A stretch of DNA of 64,000 bases from Mobula hypostoma (taxonomy: Eukaryota): contig NC_086097.1 in assembly GCF_963921235.1 (NCBI RefSeq), positions 194,124,001 to 194,188,000 of the forward strand, in the 5' to 3' direction. Position numbers and translations under genes: made by a program. The notes beneath the pieces are model-generated. The model was not told the DNA's origin. It searched no databases and was given only the letters and a program-made list of their open reading frames with translations. Shown here in pieces: positions 13,411 to 26,710 of this stretch. Within the stretch, counting starts at the first letter, position 1. The number at the start of each line of letters is the position of its first letter.

Positions 13411-13776
13411 TAACATTAACAGAGCTATTAACATATAATAATACCTACAAACTGTTATATTGGAATACTTAGCAGAGTTGACCAAAAAATCTTTAGCAAC
13501 TAAAAGAGACTATGGAGGGTGGGAGCCTCAGAGGTAAGTGAAAGCCACAAGTGATGCACAAGCAGAAAAAGGATAAGAATCACTGATCCTAGCTTTCTCT
13601 CTATTCCCTGCTCATTGCTTTATCGGAAACCACTCTGACTATCCATTGTAAATTGAAGTGTTTTTTTCATCTGTGAAAATCTTATCTTATCGATCTGAGA
13701 GTTTGTTGCCTACAGTCACAAGGATCATAAACACCAAAGTAAGCATTCCCAAGTCACTAATGGGGCTTTTTAAAGG

Positions 13777-14353
13777 CAGACGTCCCACCTCTCCTGGAAG
13801 TTCCGGGAGTCTCCCGCATATTGTTAGTGGCTCCCTGATGCCCGCAAATTATATACAATATCCTTCAAATCAATTTTTTTAAGAGCGAGAGAGCAAAAGA
13901 GAGAGCAAGAGAGAGAGCACAACAGAGCAAGCAAGCGACAACAAGAGAGAGGGCGAGAGAGAGAGAGAGACACACACAGACAGAGAGAGCGCGCGCTACG
14001 GCAGAGTGTTCCAAAAAGGTAAAATATAAAACGTACATCACCCCAGACTACAATAAGGGTACCCATGCCTAATAGGGGTCAAAAATAATGACAGTGTTGC
14101 TCGCTGCACTGTTTGCAACTGTGACTTTTCTATTGCCCATGGTGGGTTAAGATTGTAACAGACATGTTGAGGTGAGTTTAACAGTTGTCATTCATTCATT
14201 CATTAGCATAGCTAATGTTTTTTAAACTAGCTTGCTAGCTACTAGGGAGCTACTCTATTGCAGACATCCCAGCTCTCCCAGAAGTTCCGGGAGTCTCCCG
14301 CAAATTGATGGTGATACCTCCCTGAAATGAGTTTTTGCAGGATGGGATGTCCG
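13777..14353. mobile_element. Non-autonomous TIR DNA transposon (MITE) with 6-bp TSD
   Basis: Ends CAGACGTCCCACC / GATGGGATGTCCG (imperfect TIR); TAAAGG on both flanks (13771-13776, 14354-14359); internal GA-rich repeat. Confidence 0.72.
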
Positions 14354-16554
14354 TAAAGGAGCATAGTTAACTCAAATCTCACCACTAACTGACTATTATT
14401 TACATTCTTTCCTTGCATCTGAAGCTTCTTATAATCAACTAAAGTGTAAGATACCAAGGCTTGATTAAAGGAATGCTGTTTTATAGCACCGATTTCAACT
14501 GGCCATTTCAATGGACCTTGATGTGCTTTACAAAATTTGAAAGGATTTCCTTCAGAGAACCTCCCCATCAGCTTAAACTTTTGTTCATTTTGGCAGGAAA
14601 GCTTGTCTTAAAAAGTTTGCATTTAAATCAAGGAGAAAGAAGGCAAAAAATATTTTAAAACAAATGTCATTTTTATTTGATAGTGCCACTTCCCTGAAGA
14701 CTGGCCAGAAATAAAAACTGCAGTTATGAGATAGACACATCTGTCAGATATCCTGGGAAATGGGTCAAGATGCAGGTGGGCAGTGAAGGCACAGCTATAC
14801 TCAGCTCATCCTGTTCATATGTTACATAGAGGCCCTGCTAAAGGTATTACATGCAACTCAATTCCAAATGAAATTATACAACGTTAGAAATCTTACTGCC
14901 AACAAGTTACCAAATTTCATGACACATGCCGGTGATAATAAACCTGATTTTGATCCCATGTTTATATCCTTTTTTTTTGTTACTCAACTTCAGCTGAAGA
15001 TACTTTTGAAATATATGGTCTGTTGAATTGTAAGGAATTAGTAAATGAGAGGAAACCATTACAACTGTCATAGCACAAAAGAACCAAGAAACTTGAGCAA
15101 TAGATCTCATAGTATTTCTGTGTTTTACTACAACCTGAAAAAAATCATGTTGGTAGAGATAAAGCTCTCTAAGAAGCTTTACTGCAGATATTATCATTAT
15201 TTTTGGAACAGTACAAATAGTTCATACTATTCCTCCAAAGAAGTCATGTAGTGTAGATTCAAATTAATTATAGTCCAACTTTACTGTTCAAGTTCCTATC
15301 TTTTTTCCCTCTCAAAGTAAGATGCTCCTTCACATTGCAGCTTCACAGATATTAAGAGATCTCGAGAGTTTTTCCAGTGGGCAATTCTTCACATACAAGC
15401 TATCACACAATTTGACTGGTATTACAGTCCTATTTTGTTTGTCCTCTACTGACCAGGTAAATGCAAAAAGGGTTGCTATGGCTGAAAGTGAAACAAAAAT
15501 GAACAAAGGAACCCAACCAACAGACAATCATCTCTTTACTATAACTGCAAGAAAACATGATGATTTTCAGATTCACCTCTTGACACTCTTCCTTCCATTT
15601 GGACCTTCCAACTTATTTCCTCTCCTTGTAAAAGAAGGGTGCTAACAACTCCAGCGTACCCTAGTCCCGATCTAAGTACGGCCATTTACAACTAACAGTA
15701 TCCTTAAAAGCTACAAATTTACATTCCCCAGACTCAAGGCGAAGGTTTTTGGAAAACTACTTCAAACATTGAATCTTAAAAATCATTACCACATTTGAAA
15801 CAGTTTGTATGCTATTGGAGAATGAATTTGGCATTAAATCCACTTCTTTTCATTCCCGATTACTAAATCACAAATTATTAATGACTAGAACAGGAAATGA
15901 TGATGTTCTAAAACAATGCAAGACAAAAGAAACTATTGACCTTACTTGGTCAGTTCTAGAAAATCTGACTATGGTCCAGATGAGATGCCGACAGTAATGA
16001 ATGTGCACTGTGATCTCATGGTGTGTACAGAAATAGGAGCCTGGTCTTAGCACCAAAGAGCCTCAAGACATTAGGGGTGGTTAATGGATATCACTGGGTG
16101 ATATGAAACACAAAGTGGATATTCTGCTTTCCTACAATATGGAGCATTTCAGCATATGGATGTACAATGTACAGAAAGGTGTACGTTATTACCACAAGAC
16201 CATGGCATTAATTTGCCCATGTGTGGAATGTGTCCCTAGTTAACGCTCAAAGAATTCATAATACAATTTGGCTCTTAATAAATTTTAAAACTGATGTACA
16301 AGAGTTCAATTTTCAGAATGCCAATATTGATACAATGCTAAAACCTTCCTTATGCACAGGCATTTCTGTGAACCTGTACTGCCCATGATATAACAAACCA
16401 TATATTTTTTGACAAACAGAAAATGCGCTCTGCGGATCCAAACTACAGTAAAGTGCTAAACAGAAAGACCACAGACCCCTGCCATTTAACAACTTTATAC
16501 TCAGTTTCTATGGTCCATAGTCACTCCTCGCTTTAAACTAGAATACTGTTGTAA

Positions 16555-17110
16555 ATTGGGGGACCGCTACGTCAAGCACCTCCACACAATCCACCACAAG
16601 CGGACGTCCCAGTGGCCAAACATTTTAATTCTGAATCCCATTCCCATTCTGGCATGTTGATCCACGGCCTCCTCTTGTGCCAAGAGGCGGCCACCCTCAG
16701 GTGGAGGACAACACCTTATATTCCATCTGGGTAGCCTCCAATCTGATGGCATAAATATCAATTCCTCCTTCTAGAAAACAATCCCCCCCCCTTCCATTAT
16801 TCCCCACTCTGACCTTTTACTTCTTCTCACCTGCCTATTACTTGCCCCAGTTCCCTCCTCCATCACCACCGTCCACTCTCCTCTCCTGTCAGATTCCCTC
16901 TTTTCCCAGCCCTTGACCTTTCCCATTTACCTGGCTTCACCAATCTCCTTGCCGCTAGCCTCTTGCCCCTACCCCCTCCTTTTTATTTTAGCATCTTCCC
17001 CTTTCCTTCTCAGTTCTGAAGAAGAGTTTAGGCCCGAAATGCCGACAAGCCGTTCATTTCCATAGATGCTGCCTGACCTGCTGCATTCAACCAATAATTT
17101 TGCGTGTGAA
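16555..17110 (+). mobile_element. Older Penelope-like 3' fragment/pLTR in EMILIN intron 2
   Basis: Homologous to 27550-28160 (cccagtggcc..cattttaatt; catctgggtagcctccaa); degenerate hammerhead at ~17012-17048. Confidence 0.78.
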
Positions 17111-17280
17111 AGCTACATTCTCGAGTTTGAGGCGCAGGCATGGATAAACCAATGACATAGCGGTGGACCCCAGAAGAGCGGAACCCTATTGTTATTCCTT
17201 TAATTTCCACCTCGGGTGGTTACCGAAATGGCAGATCTCCCGGGACGGAGGCGTGGGGAGAAGGGTTTTTTCTTACTTAC

Positions 17281-17406
17281 ACCACAACAGATGGACAGTT
17301 GGCCAGACCCCAGGGGCAAGGCTGATAGTCGGCCTTGATGTAACTTTGTGCTCCGTCTACCACCGAGCAGGTCACGTTCTTCTTCATAATATAAGCGCAC
17401 CAGTTC
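17281..17406 (-). CDS. EMILIN2: EMILIN-family gene, coding exon 2: N-terminal half of EMI domain
   Basis: Acceptor ...cccccgctacag|G and donor GT|gtaagt; 126 nt; translates NWCAYIMKKNVTCSVVDGAQSYIKADYQPCPWGLANCPSVV, the typical EMILIN EMI start (NWCAY..KNV.CSV). Confidence 0.93.
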
Positions 17407-17809
17407 CTGTAGCGGGGGTAACAAGGGCTGTCAGTTTACTGCAAATACAGACCTTAGGGTAAAGCCACAGTTGTGGATGGATCCCACCCTCCCCCCAACC
17501 CCCATACAACTACTGACCCAAGGGCAATGCACTAGGTCTTGTTCTCAGACCCAGTCAGTTATGAACGATGGCAAATGCAGTGCATTTTAACTTGCATGGA
17601 ATCGTAAACTGAACGAGGAGAGATGGAAGGAGAATTACCCACTTATTTAAATCATCGATTTCATCACTTAGTGAATTGCAAAAAAAAGGCTCCAGTTTTT
17701 TAAATGCAATGGTAATGTAAGGTGATGCATGAGTAAGGAGAAATACTTTTGTTTCTGGTAGCCACGAGTTAACAGTAAAGTTTTGAAATGCTAAGTAGGG
17801 TTGACTTAC

Positions 17810-17979
17810 TTGCCGCGCCCGAGGGCTCTGTAGGCACTGTAGTCCGGAGCGGACCTGGAAGAATACAGATTGTAACTGGCAGATGAAAGAGTTGCTTGCA
17901 CATCAGACACTAGAAGACTGATGAGAATCAAAGACCAGCTCAGGAAAATCGCCTCGCTCTCAGCTAATCTTCCGGCCAT
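17810..17979 (-). CDS. EMILIN2: EMILIN-family gene (most like EMILIN2), coding exon 1: signal peptide
   Basis: ATG at 17979; translates MAGRLAESEAIFLSWSLILISLLVSDVQATLSSASYNLYSSRSAPDYSAYRALGRG(K) with a hydrophobic signal-like stretch. Ends phase 2 at donor AA|gtaagt (intron starts 17809), matching exon 2. Lies in a CpG-rich region. Confidence 0.88.
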
Positions 17980-19559
17980 TGTAACGGGGCAGTTTTAATT
18001 TGACCACCTTTCCCGGTTGTATCCCACTCGCCAGAACTGCAACCGGCGGCGCAACCTTCTCGGGAGAAGAACCGAAGGGTTTCTGGTCGGACAGGGAAGA
18101 GGCCTGAGCAGTGGAACGGGTAGTGGATCTGCCCTTTGGTGAGATGAAGAGCAGATCCGTGCACCGAAGAGAAATGCTTTGGTCTCGGTCTTTTCCTGTT
18201 GCTCTGGTCTGAGTTTTTTTTTTACGGAATGACGTTAACCCTTCTGCACTGGAATTTCAGGCACACCACTAGGAACTCTGCTTCACGTTTAAAAAATCTT
18301 GGCTTAAGCTCCATCCTTGCGTCTTGATGGTTGTAACTTTACTATATAACCATATAGAGTATGTGGATGAACAATTTGTAGCAGAATTAGGTTCAAAAAG
18401 CACAATAAAATACACGAGATGTGGAGAATGTCAGGGGATGCCAAATCGCCACCTCTTCCAAATTACACCACGCCAATTTCGTGAAATAGTAGTTTCTTAG
18501 TTTGCCAAAAAAATCCAGCTCGCTATAAACTAGATAAAAATAGGGCATGTTGTAAGTGTGGTGGGACAACTCGTTTTTGGATCATTCGTACAATAATTAC
18601 ATTTGAACAATTATAAGTTTTTGTTTGCATAACGCTAGATAGTAACTTAAAATAATGAAGAAAATTTTGTCCTTCCCGGTAAAAGACGATAGGAAACAAA
18701 TTCGCGTCGGTGTTTTAAAAAAATAAAACTGGAAATCTGAGTAAGGGTATTGATTTTTTCCCCTTTTATCCTGTTACAGGTGTGTCAGATTGAAGCATAA
18801 TCAATAAAGGTCCAATTAAAGCTGCACCAATCGTGCTTTTAAATTCCATCTCCTTCATTTCATCCCGTGCTGGTTTCTATGTGTACTTTAATAAAACTGA
18901 TTGCTTCAGCCCATCTGGTAGTGAATGTGTCTTCAAACTGACACTGTATAATGTAGTGTTGGAACCAAATGCAAAGTACATTTTTCAAAGCTGCACTGAC
19001 CTGCAAATTAAAGCAAAACTTGAATTATTTAACATTGGAGAATAATTAACAATTTATTGGTTTCTCTGATTTTCACATTTAAAGCAGAAGCTGAATAGTT
19101 GCAATTGGGACTCTTCTATTGCTGGATAGAGTGGTGCCTGCCCTGTAATTATAATTGAGTGGTTCCACTCTTAACCAACCAGAGAATATCTGTATTTTTT
19201 ATTCTTGCATCATTATATCTGGAGTTTCTTTCACATCAAGATCTTCTGCTTGCTGCCAATGTACTCCCACTCAACAACTTAATCTGTAAAAAAAAACCAG
19301 ATGTTTCATCATGACTGGAAATTAAATATACTTTACATTGCAGAAGAGAGAACAAAGGGTAGAATGGTATGGGGAAAAGGTTGACCAATCGGGTTCCAGT
19401 GCTGACTGAACAGACTGGTAGATGTTTGTTAATCATGGCTGGTCTGAAGGAGGTCCAAGTAGAAGATGAATGAGGATAAGGAGGGGAAGAAAGATCATTA
19501 CTGGAACTGTCGGGATTTAACCACAGCACACACTAGAAATCGGCACTAAAACGGAAAAT

Positions 19560-22500
19560 GTTGGAACAAAACTTCAAAGGTTAAATTTATTAAAGTATGT
19601 ACCATATACAACCTTGAGGTTCAACTTCTTGTAGGCAGCTGCAAAACAAAGAGTAACACAAAAGAATCCACGTAAAACCACACACAACAAAGACTGAGAA
19701 ACAACCAATATGCAAAAAAAGGTCAGCAAGACCAAGGAGCTGATTATTGACTTCAGGAGAAGGAAAGCAGTGGTCTATGAGCCAGTTATCATCAGAGGAT
19801 TAGAGGTGAAGAGAGTCAGCAGCTTTAAATGCTTCAGTGTTATTATTTCGGAGGACCTGTCCTTGGCCCAGCACATAAGTGCAATTATGAAAGAAAGCAC
19901 AGCAGAGCATTACTAAGGAGTTCATGAAGATTTGGCATTATATCTAAAACTTCAACAAACTTTGAGAGATGTGTAGTGGAGAGTATACTGACTGGCTGCA
20001 TCATAGCCTGGTATGATTAGATTAAATTCAATTAGATTCAACTTTATTGTCATTGTGCCGAGTACAGATACAAAGCCAATAAAATGCAGTTAGCATCTGA
20101 CCAGAAATGCAAAGAATAGTGTTATTTACAAATAACTGTGAATAAAAAGTAAGTGCTACAGCACACAAATATAAAAGTACTGAGACAGTACAATATGGGT
20201 GCAATACTGCTTAGCGCTGTGATGAGAGGTTCAGCAGGGGCACAGCCTCGGAAGGAGCTCTTCCTGTGCCTGCTGGTGCGGGAGCGGAGGCTCCTGTAGC
20301 GCCTACTGGATGGGATGAGAGTAAAAAGTCCATATTTAGGGTGAGATGCATCCTTGATAATGCTTTTCACCCTGCCCAGGCAGCGTTTATGGTAGATGTT
20401 CTCAATGGTGGGCAATTAGGTGCTAATAATCCGCTGGGCAGTTTTCACCACATGCTGGAGTGCTTTGCAGTCCGATACGGAACAATTGCCATACCATAAT
20501 GAGATGCAGTTGGTGAGTATGCCCTCGATGGTACAGCAGTAAAAGTCCATCAGTATCCTGGGACAGAGATGAGCTTTCTTGATGCTCTGCAGGAACTAAA
20601 GGCGCTGGTGTGCCTTTTTGATCAGGATGGAGGAGTTCAGGGACCAGGTGAGATCCTCGGAAATGTGGACACCAAGGAATTTGAAGCTTGATACACGCTC
20701 CACTATAGCTCCATTGATGTAGATGGGCATGTGAGTGTGGCTCCTAGCATGCCTGAAGTCCACAAAGATCTCCTTGGTCTTCTGGGTGTTAAGGACCAGG
20801 TTGTTGTCGGCACACCACATGGCCAGGTGCTGGACGTCGTCCTTGTAGGCCGTCTCGTCATCCCCTCTGATCAGGCCAACCACCATGGTGTCATGGTGAT
20901 TATGGAGCTAGAAGCATGTACAGGAATGCAGTCATAGGTGAAAAGGGAGTACAGAAGAGGGCTCAGCACACAGCCTTGAGGAACGCCGGTGTTCAGGGTG
21001 AAAGTGGAGAAGAGGTTGTCCAACTTAACTGATTGGCGTCTGTTAGTCAGAAAGTCGAAGGTCCAATTGCAGAGGGATACGCTGATACCAAACTGGTAAA
21101 GTTTGGCAATCAGCTTTGAGGGGATCACTGTATTGAATGCTGAACTAAAGTCGATGAGCACCATTCTAACATAAGAGTTGGGGCTGTCCAGGTGGGTCAG
21201 GGCAGAGTGAAGTGCTGTGGAGGTGGCGTCCTCTGTTGACCTGTTGGTACGATAGGCAAATTGATGGGGTCCAGGGTAGTGGGCAGACAGGATTTCAGAT
21301 GTGATAGAATCAGTCTGTCAAAGCACTTGGCAATGATGGGGGTGAGTGCAACTGGGCGGAAGTCACTCAGGCTTGTGGCAGTGGAATGCTTCAGCACTGG
21401 CACGATGGTGGCGATCTTGAAGCTTGTGGGGACAACTGCCTGGGCCAGGGACAGATTAAAAATGTCCATGAAGACCCTGGCCAACTGCCCCGCACAGACT
21501 CTGAGCACATGGCCAGGTATTCCATCCGGACCAGCTGCCTTCCGTACAATCACCCTGCTCAGGGTGGCGTAAACATTGGAAGTGGAAAGTGAGAGAGGCA
21601 GTTCACCAGGTGGGAGATCCGCTTTGAGGGTGACCCCTTTGTCCTCTCGGTCAAAGCAAGTGTAGAAGTAAAGTGAGTAGAAGAGCTCATCAGGGAGGGA
21701 AGCGGAGCTGGAAGGGGGCACTGTACTAGGTGGTTTGAAGTCTGTAATGACCTGTATGACATGCCACATGCGCCAGGGGTCCGAGGAGTTGAAATGCTCC
21801 TCGATTCTCTGTTTGTATGTGTGTTTAGCCTGAGAGATTCCCCTCCTCAGGTTGGCCCTGACTGAGCTGTAAGTCTCCCGGTCTCCAGACCTGAAGGCTG
21901 AATCTCTGGCTTTGAGCAGTAGGTGAACTTCTCTGCTCATCCATGGTTTCTGATTGGGGAAAACTTTTATTTGTTTTTGTGATGTCACTGTATCTACACA
22001 CTTGTTGATATGCTCAAGGACAGAGTTGGTATATAAATCAACGTTAATCTGAGAGTCTGTGGTGGCATGGGCAGCAATCACGCTCCCAGTCTGTGTGCAG
22101 GAATTGGTGCTGAAGAGCAGAGTCAGCACTCCCCAGCCAGATCTTAATAGTCTTCATTGTGGGTTTCACACGTTTAATGACCGGGCTACACTTGGAAAGC
22201 AGAAACAGTGAAAGATGGTTGGACTGTCCCAGGTGGGGGAGGGTACTGGCTTTGTAAGCATCAGCCACATTTGTGTAGACATGATCTAAGGTTTTATTTC
22301 CCCTTGTGGGGCATGAGACATTTTGGTAAAATATTGGAAGCACGGTACATAGGTTGCAATGATTAAAGTCCCCAGCAACAATAAAGGCTCCATCTGGATA
22401 CAATGTCAGCAGCTTGCTAATAGCAGCACTGAGGTCTTTCATGGCTACTTTAGCATTAGCATCCGGTGGTATTGAAACACCGATGCCCTTGAATGGAAAA

Positions 22501-22990
22501 TCCTACAAAAAGTAATGGATACGGTTAAAGTCATCTCCACCATTGAAGCACATCTATATGGAACATTGTTGCAGGAAATCAGAATCCATCATCAGGAACC
22601 CCCATCGCCCAGAACATTTTCTCTTCTCACTGCTGCCATCAGGACGAAAGTACAGGAGCCTCAGAACTCCAGGTTCAGGAACAGTTATTACCCCTCAACC
22701 ATTAGGCTCTTGAACTAAAGGGGATAACTTCACTTGCCCCATCATTGAAATGTTCCCATAACCTATGGATTCACTTTGAAGGACTCTTCATCTCAAGGTC
22801 TTGATATTTATTGTTTATTTATTTATTATTTCTTTCTTTTTGTATTTACATAGTTTTTTTGTCTCTTGCATACTGATTAAACACCCAAGTCGGTATGGTC
22901 TTTCATTGATTCTACAATGGTTATTAATCTATTATGGATTTATTGACTATGCCCACAAGAAAATAACCATATATTAATATTTATTATTTA
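19560..22990 (+). mobile_element. Rex1/Babar-type LINE 3' fragment split by the nested element 20015-22466
   Basis: KTKELIIDFRR..VSSFK; sequence resumes after 22472 (SRFRNSYYPSTIRLLN). Confidence 0.75.
20015..22466 (-). mobile_element. Rex1/Babar LINE (endonuclease + RT), 5'-truncated, nested
   Basis: [54 protein letters not shown]; flanked by TGGTAT (20009-20014, 22467-22472). Confidence 0.9.
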
Positions 22991-23050
22991 TGGTGCAACT
23001 GTAAGGAAAACCAATTTCCCCTGGGATCAATAACGTATGACTATGACTAT

Positions 23051-25920
23051 AACCATATAACAATTACAGCATGGAAACAGACCATCTCGGCCCTTTTTGT
23101 CTGTGCCGAACTCTTACTCTCACCTCATCCCAGCGACCTGCATTCAGCCCATAACCCTCCATTCCTTTCCTGTCCATATATCCATCCAATTTAACTTTAA
23201 ACGACAACATCGAACCTGCCTCAACCACTTCTGCTGGAAGCTCGTTCCACACAGCTACCACTCTCTGAGTAAAGAAGTTCCCCCTCATGTTACCCCTAAA
23301 CTTTTGCCCTTTAACTCTCAACTTATGTCCTCTTGTTTGAATCTCCCCCACTGTCAATGGAGAAAGCCTATCCATGTCAACTCTATTTATCTCCCTCATA
23401 ATTTTAAGTACCTCGATCAAGTCCCCCCTCAGCCTTCTACACTCCAACAATAAACACCTAACTTGTTCAACCTTTCTCGGTAACTTAGGAGATGAAACCC
23501 AGGGAACATTTTAGTAAATCTCCTCTGTACTCTCTCAATTTTATTGACATCTTTCCTATAATTTGGTGACCAGAACTGTACACAATACTCCAAATTTGGC
23601 CTCACCAATGTCTTATACAATTTCAACATTACATCCCAACTCCTATACTCAAAGCTCTGATTTATAAAGGCCAGCATACCAAAAGCTTTCTTCACCTCCC
23701 TATTCACATAAGGTTCCACCTTTAGGGAACTATGCACCATTAATCCTCGATCCCTCTGTTCTACTGCATTCTTCAACGCCCTACCATTTACCATGTATGT
23801 CCTATTTTGATTAGTCCTACCAAAATGTAGCACCTCACATTTTTCAGCATTAAGCTCCATCAACCATCTTTCAGTCCACTCTTCCAACTGGCCCAAATCT
23901 CTCAGCAAGCTTTGAAAACCTACTTCGTTGTCCACAATGCCACCTATCTTAGTATTGTCTGCATACTTACTAATCCAATTTACCACCCCATCATCCAGAT
24001 CATTAATATATATGACAAACAACATTGGACCCAGTACAGATCCCTGAACTACACCGCTAGACACCGTCCTCCAATCTGACACACAGTTATCCACCACAAC
24101 TCTCTGGTGTCCCCCATTCAGTCACTGCTGAATCCAATTTACTACTTCGGTATTAATGCCTAACGATTGAACCCTCCTAACTGACCTTCCGTGTGGAACC
24201 TTGTCAAAGGCCTTACTGAAGGCCATGTAGACAACATCCACTGCTTTACCTCATCAACTTTCCTCTTCAAAAAATTCCATAAGATTTGTCAAACATGACC
24301 TTCCGCACACAAATCCATGTTGACTGTTCCTAATCAGACCCTATCTATCCAGATAATTATATATACCATCTCTAAGAATACTTTCCATCAATTTACCCAC
24401 CACTGAATTCAAACTCACAGGCCGATAATTGCTAGGTTTACTCTTAGAACCCTTTTTAAACAATGGAACCACATAAGCAATACACCAATCCTCCGGCACC
24501 ATCCCCGTTTCTAATGACATTTGAAATATTTCTGTCAGAGCCTCTGCTATTTCCACACTAACTTCCCTCAATGTCCTAGGGAATATCTTGTCCAGACCCG
24601 GAGACTTATCCACTTTTATATTCCTTAAAAGTGCCAGTACTTCCTCTTCTTTAATCGTCACACTTTCCATAACTACCCTTCTTGTTTCCTTTACCTTACA
24701 CAATTCAATATCCTTCTCCTTAGTGAATACCTAAGAAATTGTTCCAAATCTCCCCCATCTCTTTTGGCTCCGCACATAGCCGTCCACTTTAATTCTCCAA
24801 GGGACCAATTTTATCCCTCACTATCCTTTTGCTATTAATATAACTGTAGAAACCCTTTGGATTTACGTTCACCCTACTTGCCAAAGCAGCCTCGTATCTT
24901 CTTTTAGCTTTTCTAATTTCTTTCTCAAGATTCTTTTTACATTCTTTGTATTCCTCGAGCACCTCATTAACTCCAAGCTGCTATATCTATTGTAGATCCC
25001 TCTCTTTTTCTGAACCAAGTTTCCAATATCCCTTGAAAACCATGGCTCTCTCAAACTTTTAACCTTTCCTATCAACCTAACAGGAACATAAAGTTCCTGT
25101 ACCCTCAAAATTTCACCTTTAAATGACCTCCATTTCTCTATTACATCCTTCCCATAAAACAAATTGTCCCAATCCACTCCTTCTAAATCTTTTTGCATCT
25201 CCTCAAAGTTAGCCTTTCTCCAATCAAAAATCTCAACCCTGGGTCCAGTCCTATCCTTCTCCATAATTATATTGAAACTAATGTTATTGTGATCACTGGA
25301 CCCGAAATGCTCCCCAACACATACCTCCGTCACCTGCTCTATCTCATTCCCTAACAGGAGATCCAACACTGCCCCTTCTCTAGTTGGTTCCTCTATGTAT
25401 TGCTGCAAAAAACTATCTTGCACACATTTGACAAACTCCAAACCATCCAGCCCTTTTACAGAATGGGCTTCCCAGTCCATGTGTGGAAAATTAAAATCTC
25501 CCACAATCACAACCTTGTGCTTACTACAAATATCTGCTATCTCCTTACAATTTTGCTCCTCCATTTCTTGGTCCCCATTAGGTGGTCTATAATACACCCC
25601 TATAAGCGTCACTACACCTTTCCCATTCCTCAATTCCACCCAAATAGCCTCCCTGGACGAGTCCACTAATCTATCCTGCCAGAGCACTGCTGTTATATTT
25701 TCTCTGACAAGTAATGCAACACCTCCCCCTCTTGCCCATCCTATTCTATCACACCTGAAGCAACGAAACCCTGGAATATTTAGTTGCCAATCACACCCCT
25801 CCTGCAACCATGTTTCACTTAAAGCTACAACATCATATTTCCAGGTATCAATCCATGCTCTAAGCTCATCCACCTTTCTTACAAGGCTCCTAGCATTAAA
25901 ATAGATGCATTTAAGAAAAT
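23051..25920 (-). mobile_element. CR1 LINE ORF2 (EN+RT), inactivated
   Basis: YFNARS..VALSETW, GDFNFP, SDH, QGSVLGP, YADN, VRPNLEYCVQFW; 3' tail aaccatataacaattacagc. Confidence 0.92.
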
Positions 25921-26004
25921 GAATCTTAGAGTTGAGTGTGGTGACATACATGTTCGTTGCTAATACATTTACTTTGAATTTTGAGCTTTGATACGCTCAA
26001 AAAC

Positions 26005-26530
26005 TTCTATAGTTGTATCGTGGAGAGCATTCTGACAGGCTGCATCACTGTCTGATATGGAGGGGCTACTGCACAGGACCAAAAGAAGCTGTGGAATGTT
26101 GTAAATCTAGTCAGCTCCATCTTGGGCACTAGCCTACAAAGTACCCAGGACATCTTTAGGAAACGGTGTCTCAGAAAGGCAGCATCCATTTATTAAGGAC
26201 CTCCAGCAACCAGGACATGCACTTTTCTCACTGTTATCATCAGGTAAGAGATACAGAAGCCTGAAGGCACACACTCAGCGATTCAGGAACAGCTTCATCC
26301 CCCCTGCCATCCGATTCCTAAATGGACTTTGAAGCTTTAGACACTACCTCACTTTTTTTAAAAAACGTTTTTGCACATTTTTTTAATAATCCATCCACTA
26401 TATGTAACTGATTTATTATTACTATTATTTTTCACTCTCTCTGTTCGATTATGTATTGCATTGAACCGCTGCTGCTAAGTTAACAAATTTCATGTCACAT
26501 GCCAGTGATAGTAAACCTGATTCTGATTCT
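26005..26530 (+). mobile_element. Rex1/Babar-type 3' fragment
   Basis: gagagcattctgacaggctgcatc, gattcaggaacagcttc, tail aaacctgattctgattct. Confidence 0.75.
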
Positions 26531-26710
26531 GCAGATAGTAAAGCAAAGTAAACAAATAATCACAGAACCTGAGTTACAGAGTATCCAGAATTGAAATCAC
26601 AGCCACGGAGTCCGATCAGTGCTGAGGTGAATGAAGCAGGTTCCAGAGCCTCACACATCAAAGTTGCTGGTGAACGCAGCAGGCCAGGCAGCATCTCTAA
26701 GAAGAGGTAC

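Larger units (their letters stand above)
12054..13585. mobile_element. Probable non-autonomous hAT (Charlie-like) DNA transposon with nested CR1 3' end
   Basis: Left end CAGTGGTTCTCAAC; right end GATAAGAATCACTG (degenerate inverted copy); flanks ATGTAGCT / ATCCTAGCT approximate an 8-bp TSD. Confidence 0.5.
17100..18250 (-). promoter_or_regulatory. CpG-enriched promoter/first-exon region of the EMILIN gene
   Basis: Visibly many CpGs and higher GC around exons 1-2 and upstream of the ATG, compared with CpG-poor flanks. TSS not determinable. Confidence 0.6.

Noticed and set aside
17200..17462. ORF-track proteins overlapping exon 2
   Set aside because: Wrong frame or strand; the real exon frame gives the EMI domain.
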